NCBI RefSeq assembly: GCF_009914755.1
Contig: NC_060929.1
Reading direction: 5' to 3' (one strand)
From: the human T2T-CHM13v2.0 reference genome, Homo sapiens
Length of the DNA stretch: 64,000 nucleotides
Below the pieces are notes generated by a model. It was not told the DNA's origin. It ran no database searches and was given only the letters and a program-made list of their open reading frames with translations. How positions within the stretch are numbered: the stretch's first letter is position 1; the number at the start of each line of letters is the position of its first letter. A program made the translations under genes and the position numbers. Shown here one piece after another: positions 27,421 to 39,715 of this stretch.

Positions 27421-29450
27421 GGTTTTTTTTTCTTTGTCTTTTTTTTTTTTTAATATAGATTCAGGGGATATATGTACAGGGGTTTGTTACGTGGGTATAT
27501 TGTGTGGTGGTGAGATTTGGGCTTGTAGTGAACCCGTCACCCAAATAGTGATCATAGTACCCATTAGATAGTTTTTCAACCTTGGCTTCGTCCCTTTTTC
27601 CCCCTTTTTGAGTCCCCTGTGTCTGTTGTTTCTAACTTTATGTCCGTGTGTACCCATTGTTGAATTCCCACTTATAAGTGAGAACCTGTAGTGTTTCATT
27701 TTCTGTTTCTGCATTATTTCACTTAGGGTAGATAATGGCCTCAAACTGCATCCATGTTGCTGCAGAGGACATGATTTCATTCTTCTTTATGATTGTGTAC
27801 CACGGTGTATATATACCACATTTTGTTTATCCAGTCCACTCCTGATGGACGCTTAGGTTGATTCTGTAACTTTGCTATTGTAAATAGTGCTGTGATAAAC
27901 ATATGAGTGCAGGTGTCTTTTTTATAAAGTAATTTTTTTCCCTATGGATAGAAACCCAGTAGTGGGATTACTAGGTCAAATGGTAGTTCTATTTTTTGTT
28001 CTTTGAGAAATCTCCATACTGTTTTTCATAAGGGTTGAACTAATTTACATTCCCACCAACAGTGTGTAAGTGTTCCCTTTTCTCTGCAGCCTCTGTTATT
28101 TTTTGACTTTTTAGTAATAGCCATTCTGACTGGTGTAAGATTGTATCTCATTGTGGTTTAATTTGCATTTCTCTGATGATTAATGATATTGAGCATTTTT
28201 TAAAATGTTTGTTGGCTGTGTGTACATCTTCTTTTGAGAAGTGTCTGTTCATGTCTTTTGCCCACTTTTTAGTGGGTTGTTTTTTTCTTGTTGATTTGAG
28301 TTCTTTATAGATTCTCAGTATTAGACCTTTGTTGGATGCATAGTTTGTAAATACTTTCTCTCATTCTCTAGGTTGTCTGTTTACTCTGCTATGGTTTCTT
28401 TTGCTGTACAGAAACTCTTTAGTTTAATTAAGTCCCATTTGTCAATTTTTCTTTGTGTTGTTTTTGCTTTTTAGGTCTTAGTCATAAATTCTTTAATTAG
28501 GACAATGTCCCAAAAGAGTTTTTTGCAGGTTTTCTTCTAGGATTTTTATTGTTTGAGGTCTTACAGTTACATATTTAATTCATCTTGAGTTAATTTTTGT
28601 ATAGGTGAGAGGCAGGAGTCCCGTCTCGTTCTTCTGCTTATGGCTAGCCAGTTTTCCCAGCACCATTTATTGAATAGCGTGTACTTTTTCCATTGTTTAT
28701 TTTTGTCAACTTTGTTGGAGATCAGTTGTTTTTAGGTATGTGGCTTTATTTCTGGGTTCTCTATCCTGTTCCATTGATCTGTGTGCCTATTTTTATACCA
28801 GTACCATGCTGTTTTGCTTACTCTAGTCTTGCAGTGTAGTTTGAAGTTTCCTAATATGATGCCACCAGCTTTATTCTTTTTGCTGAGGATTGCTTTGGCT
28901 ATTCAGGTTCTTTGTTGGTTTTATATAAATTTTAGGATAGTTTTTCCAGTTCTTTGAAAAATTACGTTGGTAGTTTGATAGGAATAGTGTTGAATCTGTA
29001 GATTACTTTGGGCAGTATAGTCAGTTTTAACAATATTGATTCTTCCTATCCATGACCATGGAATGTTTTTGATTTGTTTGTGTTATCTATGATTTATTTT
29101 ATCAGTGTTTTGTAGTTGTCCTTGTAAAGCTCTTGCAACTCCTTGTTTAAATGTATTCCTAGGTATTTTATTTTGTGTGTGTGGCTATTGTAAATGAGAT
29201 TGAGTTCTTGATTTGGTTCTCAGCTCGAACGTTATTGGTGTATAGACATGCTACTGATTTTGGTACAATTATTTTGTATCCTAAAGCTTTATTGAAGTTA
29301 TCAGGTCTATGAATCTTTTGGAGGAATTTTTAGGGTTTTCTAAGTATGGGATCATGTCATCAGTGAACAGAGATAATTTGACTTCCTCTTTTCCTATTTG
29401 GATGCCTAATATTCCTTTGTCCTGCCTGATTGCTCTGGGTAGGACTTCTG
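27421..29450 (-). mobile_element. L1 3' 2-kb fragment (old primate, L1PA16/17-like)
   Basis: Poly-T, antisense 3'UTR (gtgaacccgtcacccaaatagtg) and antisense ORF2 (ccagcaccatttattgaatag, ataccagtaccatgctgttttg). Confidence 0.9.
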
Positions 29451-30262
29451 GAATTTTTTTTTAAACTGGTAAAGTTTTGATATTAAGGGTGAAATGTTGC
29501 TTGTACCTCTTCTCTTTAGTTTGCAGTATGAGGTTCAGGAAATAAATATATAGGTTCCAAATTATATCTCTTCCTCTAACCTGTTATAAAAGTATACGCA
29601 TATCAAATGAAAAAAGTAATATTACTCAGCTTTTCTTATTAACCTGTTCAAAATTCCTGAATCTTAGGATAGCCAGTTTTGCAGGAAACATACAATATCA
29701 CAATTCCCTGACCAAGAAATATTAGTTGCCCTGATAACTGAATTTTTTGCATGACGTTAAATCTGTATTATGGAAAAATGTGTTCTTGAAAAAGAATGTA
29801 CTTTTTAAGTGAATTTTAATAGATGTTGATAGTAACAAAAACAGAGGAGGAATGGTGACCTTTTTTTTATGTATCATGTTTGTTGAATCCAAAGTTTCTA
29901 CTTATAAAAATGGAATTAAAATAAGGGTCATATATAGTTCTAATTGCATATTAGCAAACTTATTTTATACTGCGAACTTTCCTTTGGAAAAATAGAACAA
30001 AGTCAACAGATACAACATACTGTTCTTGTAGAAACTTGTATATTTTATTTTCAATTATCTAAATAGTTTTTTCTGTAATCTGTGATGGCATAGTTAACAG
30101 ATAACTGAAAAGTTGAATGAGCAGAGTTGACATTCAATTTTGGTGAAAATACAGGTATGCGGTGATAACCTGAGGATTAAAGTAGGTTTTGCTGATTTCA
30201 TATTATTGTTGTCATTTCTAACTTGTTTCCTGAAAGCCACTTTCCTCTTATTTCGTGGATTT

Positions 30263-30620
30263 ATAGTCACGTATCACATAATGATGTTTCATTTCACACC
30301 AGACTTTATATACAATGGTGGTCCCATAAAAATATAATATTGTATATTTACTCTACCTTTTTTATGTTTAGATATGTTTTAGATACACAGATGCTTACCA
30401 TTGTGTTACAGTTGCCTACAGTATTCAGTATAGTAACATGCTGTACAGGTTTATAGCCTGGGAGCAATAAGCTATACCATATAGCCTAGGTACATAGTAG
30501 GCTATATCATCTAGGTTTATGTGAATATACTATATGATGTTCACGTAACAGAGACACCTCCTAACAATGCATTTCGCAGAATGTATCCTGTTGTTAAGCA
30601 ATACATGAAATACATGACCG
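30263..30620. mobile_element. Tigger3/MER7-like fossil
   Basis: ggtggtcccataa...ttaccattgtgttacagttgcctacagtattcagta...gtatcctgttgttaagc. Confidence 0.8.
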
Positions 30621-33600
30621 CATTTGAAAACTTTTGGAACTTAGATGCCACCTAACCCTTTTGATTTGAACTTGGCATATTGCATTCAGTTTCTGCATTG
30701 TGTGATGGGATGGTATTTGTTATATAAGAAGTTACCTTGAGATTTTGAGATGATTAAAGGTGTGTATATTGGTCCAAGGGTGTAGGTGAGGTCATAAATA
30801 AAAGCAAAATTCTTCTGAAGTGGTGGTTTTAGAGCCCTTAAGAGATGAAATACTTCCTTGAAATTAATTTGTCCCAGTTACCATTATTTTTACTTATTAA
30901 AGACTAAATGTTAAAGTGGACATTTAATATATTCAAACATTTGGCACTGAGGACTTTTTTACAACTGTTGTATTACTACTGGTGATATGGAGCAGGCAGG
31001 ACTATTTGTCTGGCCTACTAGTTGCACTTTAGGATATGAGTTTGTTTGCCAATATATTCGTTTACTGTGAGAGAAATATTCCACTCAATAACCAGAAATC
31101 AAAAACACTGTACCTTATAAGTAAGATTAGAAAGTTCAACAAATGTAGAATATTTGTGGAATTCAAGTAAAGGGATAGAATAATCTTAAGAAATGTTTTA
31201 CCTAGGCTGTGGTAGACCCTATTGTACCCTTGTTCCGCAGAAGAAAGACATTTTTCTAGCCGCTAGGTATTTATGTCCCTTTGTCCTGTTCTCTCTTCTT
31301 TGAGCAGTTCTGTATATACGTTGATAAGGCAACTTTGTAACCTAATATTTTATAATATTCCAAAAGGACCCTTTTCTCAATCTTTTTGCTCATACTTTTA
31401 GTGTCTCTAATTACATAAATTAATTTTAAAAGGCTATTCATCTTTCTTTGCTTCTGGGATGACCTGTCATTAGATATTAATACCTTTTTCATGTGCTGAA
31501 AATTTCTGCTTTCTTTTGTCAAAGAGGGGGTTCCTTTGTTCATCTTTGCCTATTTCATCTTTTCCCAAGGTCCACTTTCCATGTTAGCAAGTATAAGGAA
31601 TGGCTCAGCTTCACTAATGTTTTTATAATGTTACAATATTCTTGCACTATAGCCCTTGTTAAAAGTCAATGATTACCTACTGTCATTTGGAATAAGAGAC
31701 CGGGATTTTGGTACAAGGAATAGGACAATTAGCCACTCAGCCTGTATTGTGGTTGAGGGGTGGTGTGTTTTCATTTTACATAATTGGCTACCATGTATAC
31801 ACAATTATTGTGCTTTCTGCTTTAAGTGTTTTCATTTATCACTTGTAGATTTAAGTAAGTGGTATAGTTTGTTTTTCTTGTAAGCGTAATTGAGTTTAGA
31901 ATTTCTGTAAGGGCTGCATCTTATTTTGAGAATATCAGCATCTGGATGACAAGTGTTGGTTTTGAGATTATGATAATCCTTTTGTATGCATTTTCTTTAG
32001 GAATATATGTATTCTGATAGCTAATCTTATGGTTCCCAGTGCTGAAGAGGGCTTACAGGTAATCACTGTCCTAAATACCAAAATGATTCTTCATAGAGAT
32101 GGCTTTCCATGATTATTAGGTGGTTATGATGTAATGAAGACTCATAACAAAAGTGGGTGGACAAAAGTGACCTGTACAGATTCAGAGCTGCTTTATAAGG
32201 AGTAAGTTCATGGTGGAATTGAATCAGACCAAGTGAATCAGAACATACATGCTCTTGACATACCTAAGAATCCTTGTCACAGTAATGAAAATTTTCCAGG
32301 TTTTACAGGAGTAAAGTACTTTTCAGTAGTTGAACGATTAAAATTTTGTATTTAACAGCATTTTGTATATACTGAAAAACAATGGTAAGATGTTTCCCAA
32401 TCTTAATTACTTGTGTGCAAATACTTTCATACATTTTTTATTATAAATAATCATAGGATTCATAGTTTAAATAAAATATATCATTTCTTTGAAATTAACT
32501 TACTGTATTTGCTAAATTTTCATTTTAATGTCTTTACGTAAATTGGATTGAGGTTAATAATATATAAACTCTTGAGTATTTTGTAATCCTTTAAAAATCA
32601 GCCCTCTAAGCTATGTTAATGTTTTTCTGAAGACTGTGCATAAAAGAGTCAGCCATAGATATCTTAAATCTTCAGATGCCTGAGACCTATGTCGTTGTGT
32701 ATCTTAAGTATGATTGATTAGTCTACCATTTTAATTATTTTTACAAAGCATATTTCCTCAAAAATATAGAAATCTTAGGTTATATTTTTTGAATTTCTAG
32801 AGTCTTATAAAAGTTTAAGGGATAAGCATAAATTGATAAAGCATCTTATTCATGAGATATCAATTGGTTTGCCCTGTGGCAGAACATAAAGATGATTTTT
32901 GAATGGCAGAACATTCTAAAAGAGGATTCTATAAACATAAATTTAGTATTCTGATTTCTTTTTTAAGGTATTGATGTAGAAAACTTCCTATAAATTCTTA
33001 CCATGTTAGTTTTAACTGGTGGAAACAATCTAATGATAATATATTATACTTTAGAATTAAAATGGTAGTGTTTTGCAAATGGAGCATGTGTGGTGATAGA
33101 TTTGACTGGACAACTGAAGGAGCAGAAGGACTTAGTTTTACAAAATATAACTAACAAATATCTTAAGTAAATTGCGGTTATATTTGATTAGATTTTAAAC
33201 TGGCAAGAACTGCTACTTCCCACTTTAAAAAGAAAACAGTGGAACTTTGCTATATAGAAGAAGCATTACCATTAGGAAAAAAAAATCACAACTTGGTTCT
33301 CTAACAATAAGGAGCCATTTTTCAGTTGTCAGTTTGACTTTTAACCTTGTGATACCATCTTCCTTATATGATATATCACATTAGTGAATATTGCAAGAGA
33401 ATCTAGAGATTGCCTTGTTAAAATAAATAACAGTGACTTTTAAAACATACTCAAGCAATTCAGCAAATAAACAAAAGGAAGCCAAACCTCAAGGTGCTAT
33501 AATGTAACCATTCCCAAGACCTAACTGGAGATTTAATTTATAGAAAATGACTAGCTCCCTCTTAAGTCAGAAATGGAATCATACACAGAAATATATAGAT

Positions 33601-34511
33601 GTTAAAAATACCTTCACATTTTATTGTAATGGTGAATTTGTGTTTGTGTGTGTGTTTGTCTTTACATTTCATAATACTGTAAATTATTTCTTTCTGAGAC
33701 CAGAATGGATCCCAGAACATTATAACTTTATATCGAAGAGTAGGAACTGTTTCCTTCAGTGGAAGTTGCTTAAGACAGGATTCTAATTTATACCTATTGC
33801 TCCCTGATTTTAAATTTTCTATACCTATGAAATCTGTTGCTTCCTTATTTTAAATTTACTTCTATCTAACATTGTGGTTAACTTTTAAACTCCTTTCACA
33901 CTTTTAACACTTCAAAGAATTTGAATTATTGATTAAAGTTAAATGACAAATTATTAAATTCTTTTTTTAAATTCATTTTTTCCCAATGGCATGGTATATA
34001 TTTTCTTTCTTTTTTTTCCATACTTATCTTAGATACAGTAAAAACTTATATTTCCTGTTTGGTATATTGGCAGATTTGGAGCTCTTTATGGTTTTTGGCT
34101 AACAGTTAAAAGTAACCTGAGTGAGACTTTATGATTTGTAACTGGTTGCTTTATTATTAGGAAAAGAATCTGATTTATCCGTGACATCTATGAACATAAA
34201 TATATGTTTGTATTTGGTACATTATAAGTTCTATTCATTTTATATTCTTACACTTATTTATATCCTTAAAGAGTATGCAGTTAAATTCTTTTTACTATAT
34301 TTATTGAGATCTCTCAAGCATATTTCTTCAAACCTTACCTTTCAAAGTATTGTGTCATTCATGCTTACTATTTTATGTGTACATATTTGCATTTGCATTT
34401 TACTCCATTTTAAAAACATAACCTTAAAAAGATAAACAACGTCCATAGGGTTTTTAATAAGATAAGAATACATGTCTATTACTGATATTGATATTTATCT
34501 TTAAATTTCAG

Positions 34512-36137
34512 ATAAGCCTTTGAAAAAAAGAAAACAAGATTCTTACCCACAGGAGGCTGGGGGTGCTACAGGAGGTAATAGACCAGCTTCTCAGGAGACG
34601 GGTTCTACGGGAAATGGGTCAAGGCCAGCATTAATGGTTAGCATTGATCTTCATCAGGCAGGAAGAGTGGACTCTCAGGCTTCTATAACTCAGGATTCAG
34701 ACTCCATAAAAAAGCCTGAAGAAATCAAACAATGTAATGATGCACCTGTTTCTGTTCTTCAGGAAGATATTGTTGGAAGTCTTAAATCTACACCAGAAAA
34801 CCATCCTGAGACACCTAAAAAAAAGTCTGATCCTGAGCTTTCAAAGAGTGAAATGAAACAAAGTGAAAGTAGATTAGCAGAATCTAAACCAAATGAAAAC
34901 CGATTGGTGGAGACAAAATCAAGTGAAAATAAGTTAGAAACTAAAGTTGAGACCCAAACAGAAGAACTTAAACAGAATGAGAGCAGAACAACTGAATGCA
35001 AACAAAACGAGAGCACCATAGTTGAGCCTAAACAAAATGAAAATAGACTGTCTGACACAAAACCAAATGACAACAAACAAAATAATGGCAGATCAGAAAC
35101 AACAAAATCAAGGCCTGAAACCCCAAAGCAAAAGGGTGAAAGCCGGCCTGAGACTCCAAAACAAAAGAGTGATGGGCATCCTGAAACCCCAAAACAGAAG
35201 GGTGATGGAAGGCCTGAAACTCCAAAGCAAAAAGGTGAGAGCCGCCCTGAAACTCCAAAGCAAAAAAATGAAGGGCGACCTGAAACACCAAAACACAGGC
35301 ATGACAATAGGAGGGATTCTGGAAAGCCATCTACAGAGAAAAAACCTGAAGTGTCTAAACATAAACAAGATACTAAATCTGACTCACCTCGGTTAAAATC
35401 AGAACGAGCTGAAGCCTTAAAGCAGAGACCTGATGGGCGATCTGTTTCTGAGTCACTAAGACGTGACCATGATAATAAACAAAAATCAGATGACAGGGGT
35501 GAATCAGAGCGACATCGAGGGGATCAGTCTAGGGTTCGAAGACCAGAAACATTGAGATCCTCTAGTAGAAATGAACATGGCATTAAATCTGATAGTTCAA
35601 AAACTGATAAACTAGAACGAAAACACAGGCATGAATCAGGGGACTCAAGGGAAAGACCATCTTCTGGGGAACAAAAATCAAGACCTGACAGTCCTCGTGT
35701 TAAACAAGGAGATTCTAATAAATCAAGATCTGATAAACTTGGTTTTAAATCACCAACTAGTAAAGATGACAAAAGGACAGAGGGTAACAAGAGTAAAGTA
35801 GACACTAATAAAGCACACCCTGACAATAAGGCAGAATTTCCAAGTTATTTGTTGGGGGGCAGGTCTGGTGCGTTGAAAAATTTTGTCATTCCGAAAATCA
35901 AGAGGGATAAAGATGGCAATGTTACTCAGGAGACAAAGAAAATGGAAATGAAAGGAGAGCCGAAAGACAAAGTAGAAAAAATAGGATTAGTTGAAGATCT
36001 AAATAAAGGAGCTAAGCCTGTAGTTGTGCTACAAAAACTGTCTTTGGATGATGTTCAGAAACTTATTAAAGATAGAGAGGACAAATCAAGAAGTTCCCTT
36101 AAACCTATCAAGAATAAACCATCAAAGTCAAATAAAG
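34512..36137 (+). CDS. NIPBL: NIPBL exon 10 (1626 nt): PETPKQK repeats and PxVxL motif
   Basis: tttcag|ATAAGCC...AAAG|gtaaga; matches 556-aa ORF 34520..36190 up to KSNK. Confidence 0.98.
35111..35308 (+). repeat. NIPBL: Coding 33-bp / 11-aa tandem repeat, 6 units (R/H)PETPKQKxxx
   Basis: Units start 35111, 35144, 35177, 35210, 35243, 35276; last unit is RPETPKHRHDN; known NIPBL undecapeptide repeat. Confidence 0.93.
36017..36031 (+). other. NIPBL: PxVxL HP1 chromoshadow-binding motif (PVVVL, codons 1001-1005)
   Basis: CCT GTA GTT GTG CTA; established NIPBL-HP1 interaction motif. Confidence 0.85.
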
Positions 36138-36881
36138 GTAAGAATACTTCTACTGATGTCATTTATAATATAATCGATTTTAAGTGTTAAGATTACTAAG
36201 TTTTAAAAAGGAAATTTACAAAAATTAGAAAGCTACTACATGAAAATATAACATTTATGTCAAACAACAGGAAATTTTTTTCAGGAGTATAGATAAAAAG
36301 TTTCCAGTGAATTTTTTTTTCCCCACAGTTTTTTTCTTCCCACCCACTACTCAAGGTAGTTATGAATGTTACTGCTATTTGGTTACACAGAGATAAGTTA
36401 TTTTGCTGTTTAGTTATTTCTTATATTTCTGAAATATGCTTAAGTGAATGTTGTATTAAAATAGCTGTCTTTAAAAACTCTCTATTTAAAAATGTCTTAC
36501 AATACTACATTCTTACAGACCTGTGTCTGAGCCAATTATTGATGAATAATTTGTATAGTTTAGAAAGTTATATAAAAGGTTATTTTTCATTTTGTTGGGG
36601 AGATGGTTAGTTAAATATGTTTTATATTTTTAAAACATATCTTTTTGTCCTTGTTTATGCAAAGGTAATAGGGAATGGTACTTACTTTTTAAATTTGGTT
36701 AAATTGTAAGTTTGTGGGAGGCGGGGGACTGGTGTTATTTTTGCATGGTTTCTGAATTCTCTGGTTACTTGAGTAAAATTATTTCCAAAGGGAGAAGAAT
36801 GTCTTAAGTGCCAAAAGATAATGGCCATTTGTGCAGAAGATATACTTCTGTATCCCTTTGTACACAAGTATTTAAAATAAC

Positions 36882-37011
36882 TTTTTTTATTTTTAAATAG
36901 AGATGGGGTCTTGCTTTGTTGACCAGGCTGGTTTCGAACTCCTGGCCTCAAGTGATCCTCTCCTCTCAGCCTCCCAAAGTGCTGGGATTACAGGCGTGAG
37001 CCACCGTGTCC
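36882..37011 (-). mobile_element. Alu left monomer
   Basis: agagatggggtcttgc...cctcccaaagtgctgggattacaggcgtgagccacc. Confidence 0.85.
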
Positions 37012-37149
37012 ATACAGTCTAAATATACTGAGGTGTAGTGAAGGCAATAGAACTGAGAGTTTATTTAAGTTTTCCTTCTGTGAAAGAGAATTATTAAGAA
37101 TTTAGATTTATACTTATATATAACCAAGTATATGAAATCTGGAATTGCA

Positions 37150-37302
37150 TTGGCCAAGAGGGTAACCATTGCCTTTTTTGGCTATTTAAATTTAAGTTAA
37201 CTAAAATTGGAAGTTCATTTCATTAGTAGTCACATGTGGCTGTTGGCTACCATATTGGACAAAACAGAACATTTGCATCATCACAAAGTTGTATAGCACT
37301 GC
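37150..37302. mobile_element. MER3/MER33-like hAT fossil
   Basis: agtcacatgtggctgttggctaccatattggac...aacatttgcatcatcac. Confidence 0.65.
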
Positions 37303-39414
37303 AGTGTATTAGGAGATACAAAAAGTGTGTGGTTATTGTTTTTCATAACATGCTGTTGTAGCTTGTCTACCAAGAAAGCTCTTTGAAAACATATTATAAA
37401 GAACTCTTTATTCAAAGAATGACTTGTGGCTAATCTGTTGTTATTCTTGCTTGGTCTTCGTCAACATTCATTTTTTCACTGTTAATTTATTTCCTTTTGT
37501 CTTACAATAATGAAAAAAGATTGCCTTCTGAGTCGCTAATATTTGTGTTCTTTGAGTGAAGCTTTTAAATTTTAAATTATGGCAATTAGACTTACCAAAA
37601 GTCAGTTAAGACATCAGCCTTAATTAATAAGTAGGCTTTTTTATTTAACTTGAATGCATCTTTTCAGAGTTACTTGTTAATATAAAAGAGGTTGTAGAAT
37701 GTGGGGGTTAACACCACAATTGTTTTCTTTTAGGTAAAAATTTTCTTTAAAATTTTTTAGTGAAAGTTTGGGAGTAGCTTATATTTATAAACTAAAGAGT
37801 ATGGCTATACAATTTTAGAAGAGTCAGGTGAAAGATGGAAAGTGGTACCCTCTTGTTCCTTTGATCTGGACCATCTTTCTCTCCCTCCCCTCTCAGCTTA
37901 CCCTAGCCTTGCTTTCTAAACTCTGTTCTAACAAAGAGTCTTTTAAAACTCCTTAAAGAACATCCAGAAGTGAATATAGCTTTTAGTTAGTAATTGGTAT
38001 ATTATTTCACCTGGGTTTTTCACATGCAATAATATTGCCTATGAATATGTTTTTAGCACCAAAATGCGTTTCTGATAGTATACTTTTAATGCAGATGTAT
38101 ATACCTGATATGGTCATGTTAGTATGTAAGTAAGCTATCTGGGTGTCTGCCTATTAGAGTGATGTGTGTGTATGTGTACATGTGCATGTTTGTGTATATA
38201 TACACATATATTAATGTAACTGCAATTACAGTAACAGTCCTTTTCATCAAAAAATACTATGTCAGTGCTTAGATGCATTTCAGGATGCCGTGTAGCTATC
38301 TTTTGGATTAATTTATTTATGTCTTAGGATCCATATCTTTTTTTTTTAGTAATGATCCAATTTTGGTTTTGTTTTAGATTTTTGCTACTCAGTTTAAATA
38401 GCAGAGTTGGGTAATTGTGGATTTTTTAAAATTGCATGTATATGAAGCACAGTTGTAGATTACTGACCCTTTGTAGTATATACTGGGATTTTCTTTGGAG
38501 ATTCACAGAAAATCACATTTTGATGTGTTGATGATTTTCTGAGTAAAGGAGTTAGTCTGAATACTGCTGGGATACTTGTATGGTTGGTTCCTAGGGCCAA
38601 AATTGAAGAGCCATAAATTTCCATCTTTTAAATATTTTACCTGATGTTCATATAGAAAATATTCATTCTTTAGGATATATTTTAAGCTGATAAATTTTGA
38701 TTGTGTGATAGAGGTATAGATTTATTACTCCTAATTTAGATTACTTATTTTTGTCTTTTGTATGAGCATGATAAATGTAAAGTGGCATTGTTACATTTGA
38801 TTTGATTTCTGTGGCACTATATCTGTATCCCTAGTACCTAACAAAATACTTCATACATAATAAATCATATTTAATGCCTATTGAATGGAGATGATGTTGC
38901 CACCATTTTCAGGAAAAGCTTTTGTGTACAGATTAAAATTAGATAATCGTCTTTTATGTTCCCATCAATACACCCTAGCTCAAGAGCTACTTATTTTTCA
39001 AATCCTGCTTCCTAAACATTGTTAATAACTCTTCACCCTGTCAACTACCTAGTTTTTTTGTTAAGATCCAAAGAAAACCTGCTTATAGTAATATGTGTTT
39101 AATTTTTCTGTCACACTTATTTTGATCTATACTGGGATTAATATTATTCCCATTCTTATCCTGCATTGTTAACTTCCCTATCTTTCCATCACCATGTTTA
39201 TTCCTTGCCTGGGAGGGGTGGAGGGGGCAGTCAGGCAGTGTAACTGTTTGTAGAATTCTTTTTAAGTTCTTCAAATATCTTCTACTAAAATATACTTCAA
39301 TCAGTATGTTACATGCCAAAAAATATGTTGTTAAAAATTTTATTAGACTATTACCCTAATGTATAGTGTCTCTAAATTAAAATAATAAAGTTATGAGATC
39401 CTTTAAGATTGGCA

Positions 39415-39715
<301 letters not shown>

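Noticed and set aside
35111-35308. Regularly spaced repeats superficially like a CRISPR array
   Set aside because: Protein-coding tandem repeat with mostly third-position variation in a mammalian gene; no unique spacers or cas genes
34759-35826. Overlapping antisense and alternate-frame ORFs (182, 124, 100, 86, 100 aa) in exon 10
   Set aside because: Expected shadows of a stop-poor 33-bp repeat and K/E/S/R-biased codons; no independent start or promoter evidence
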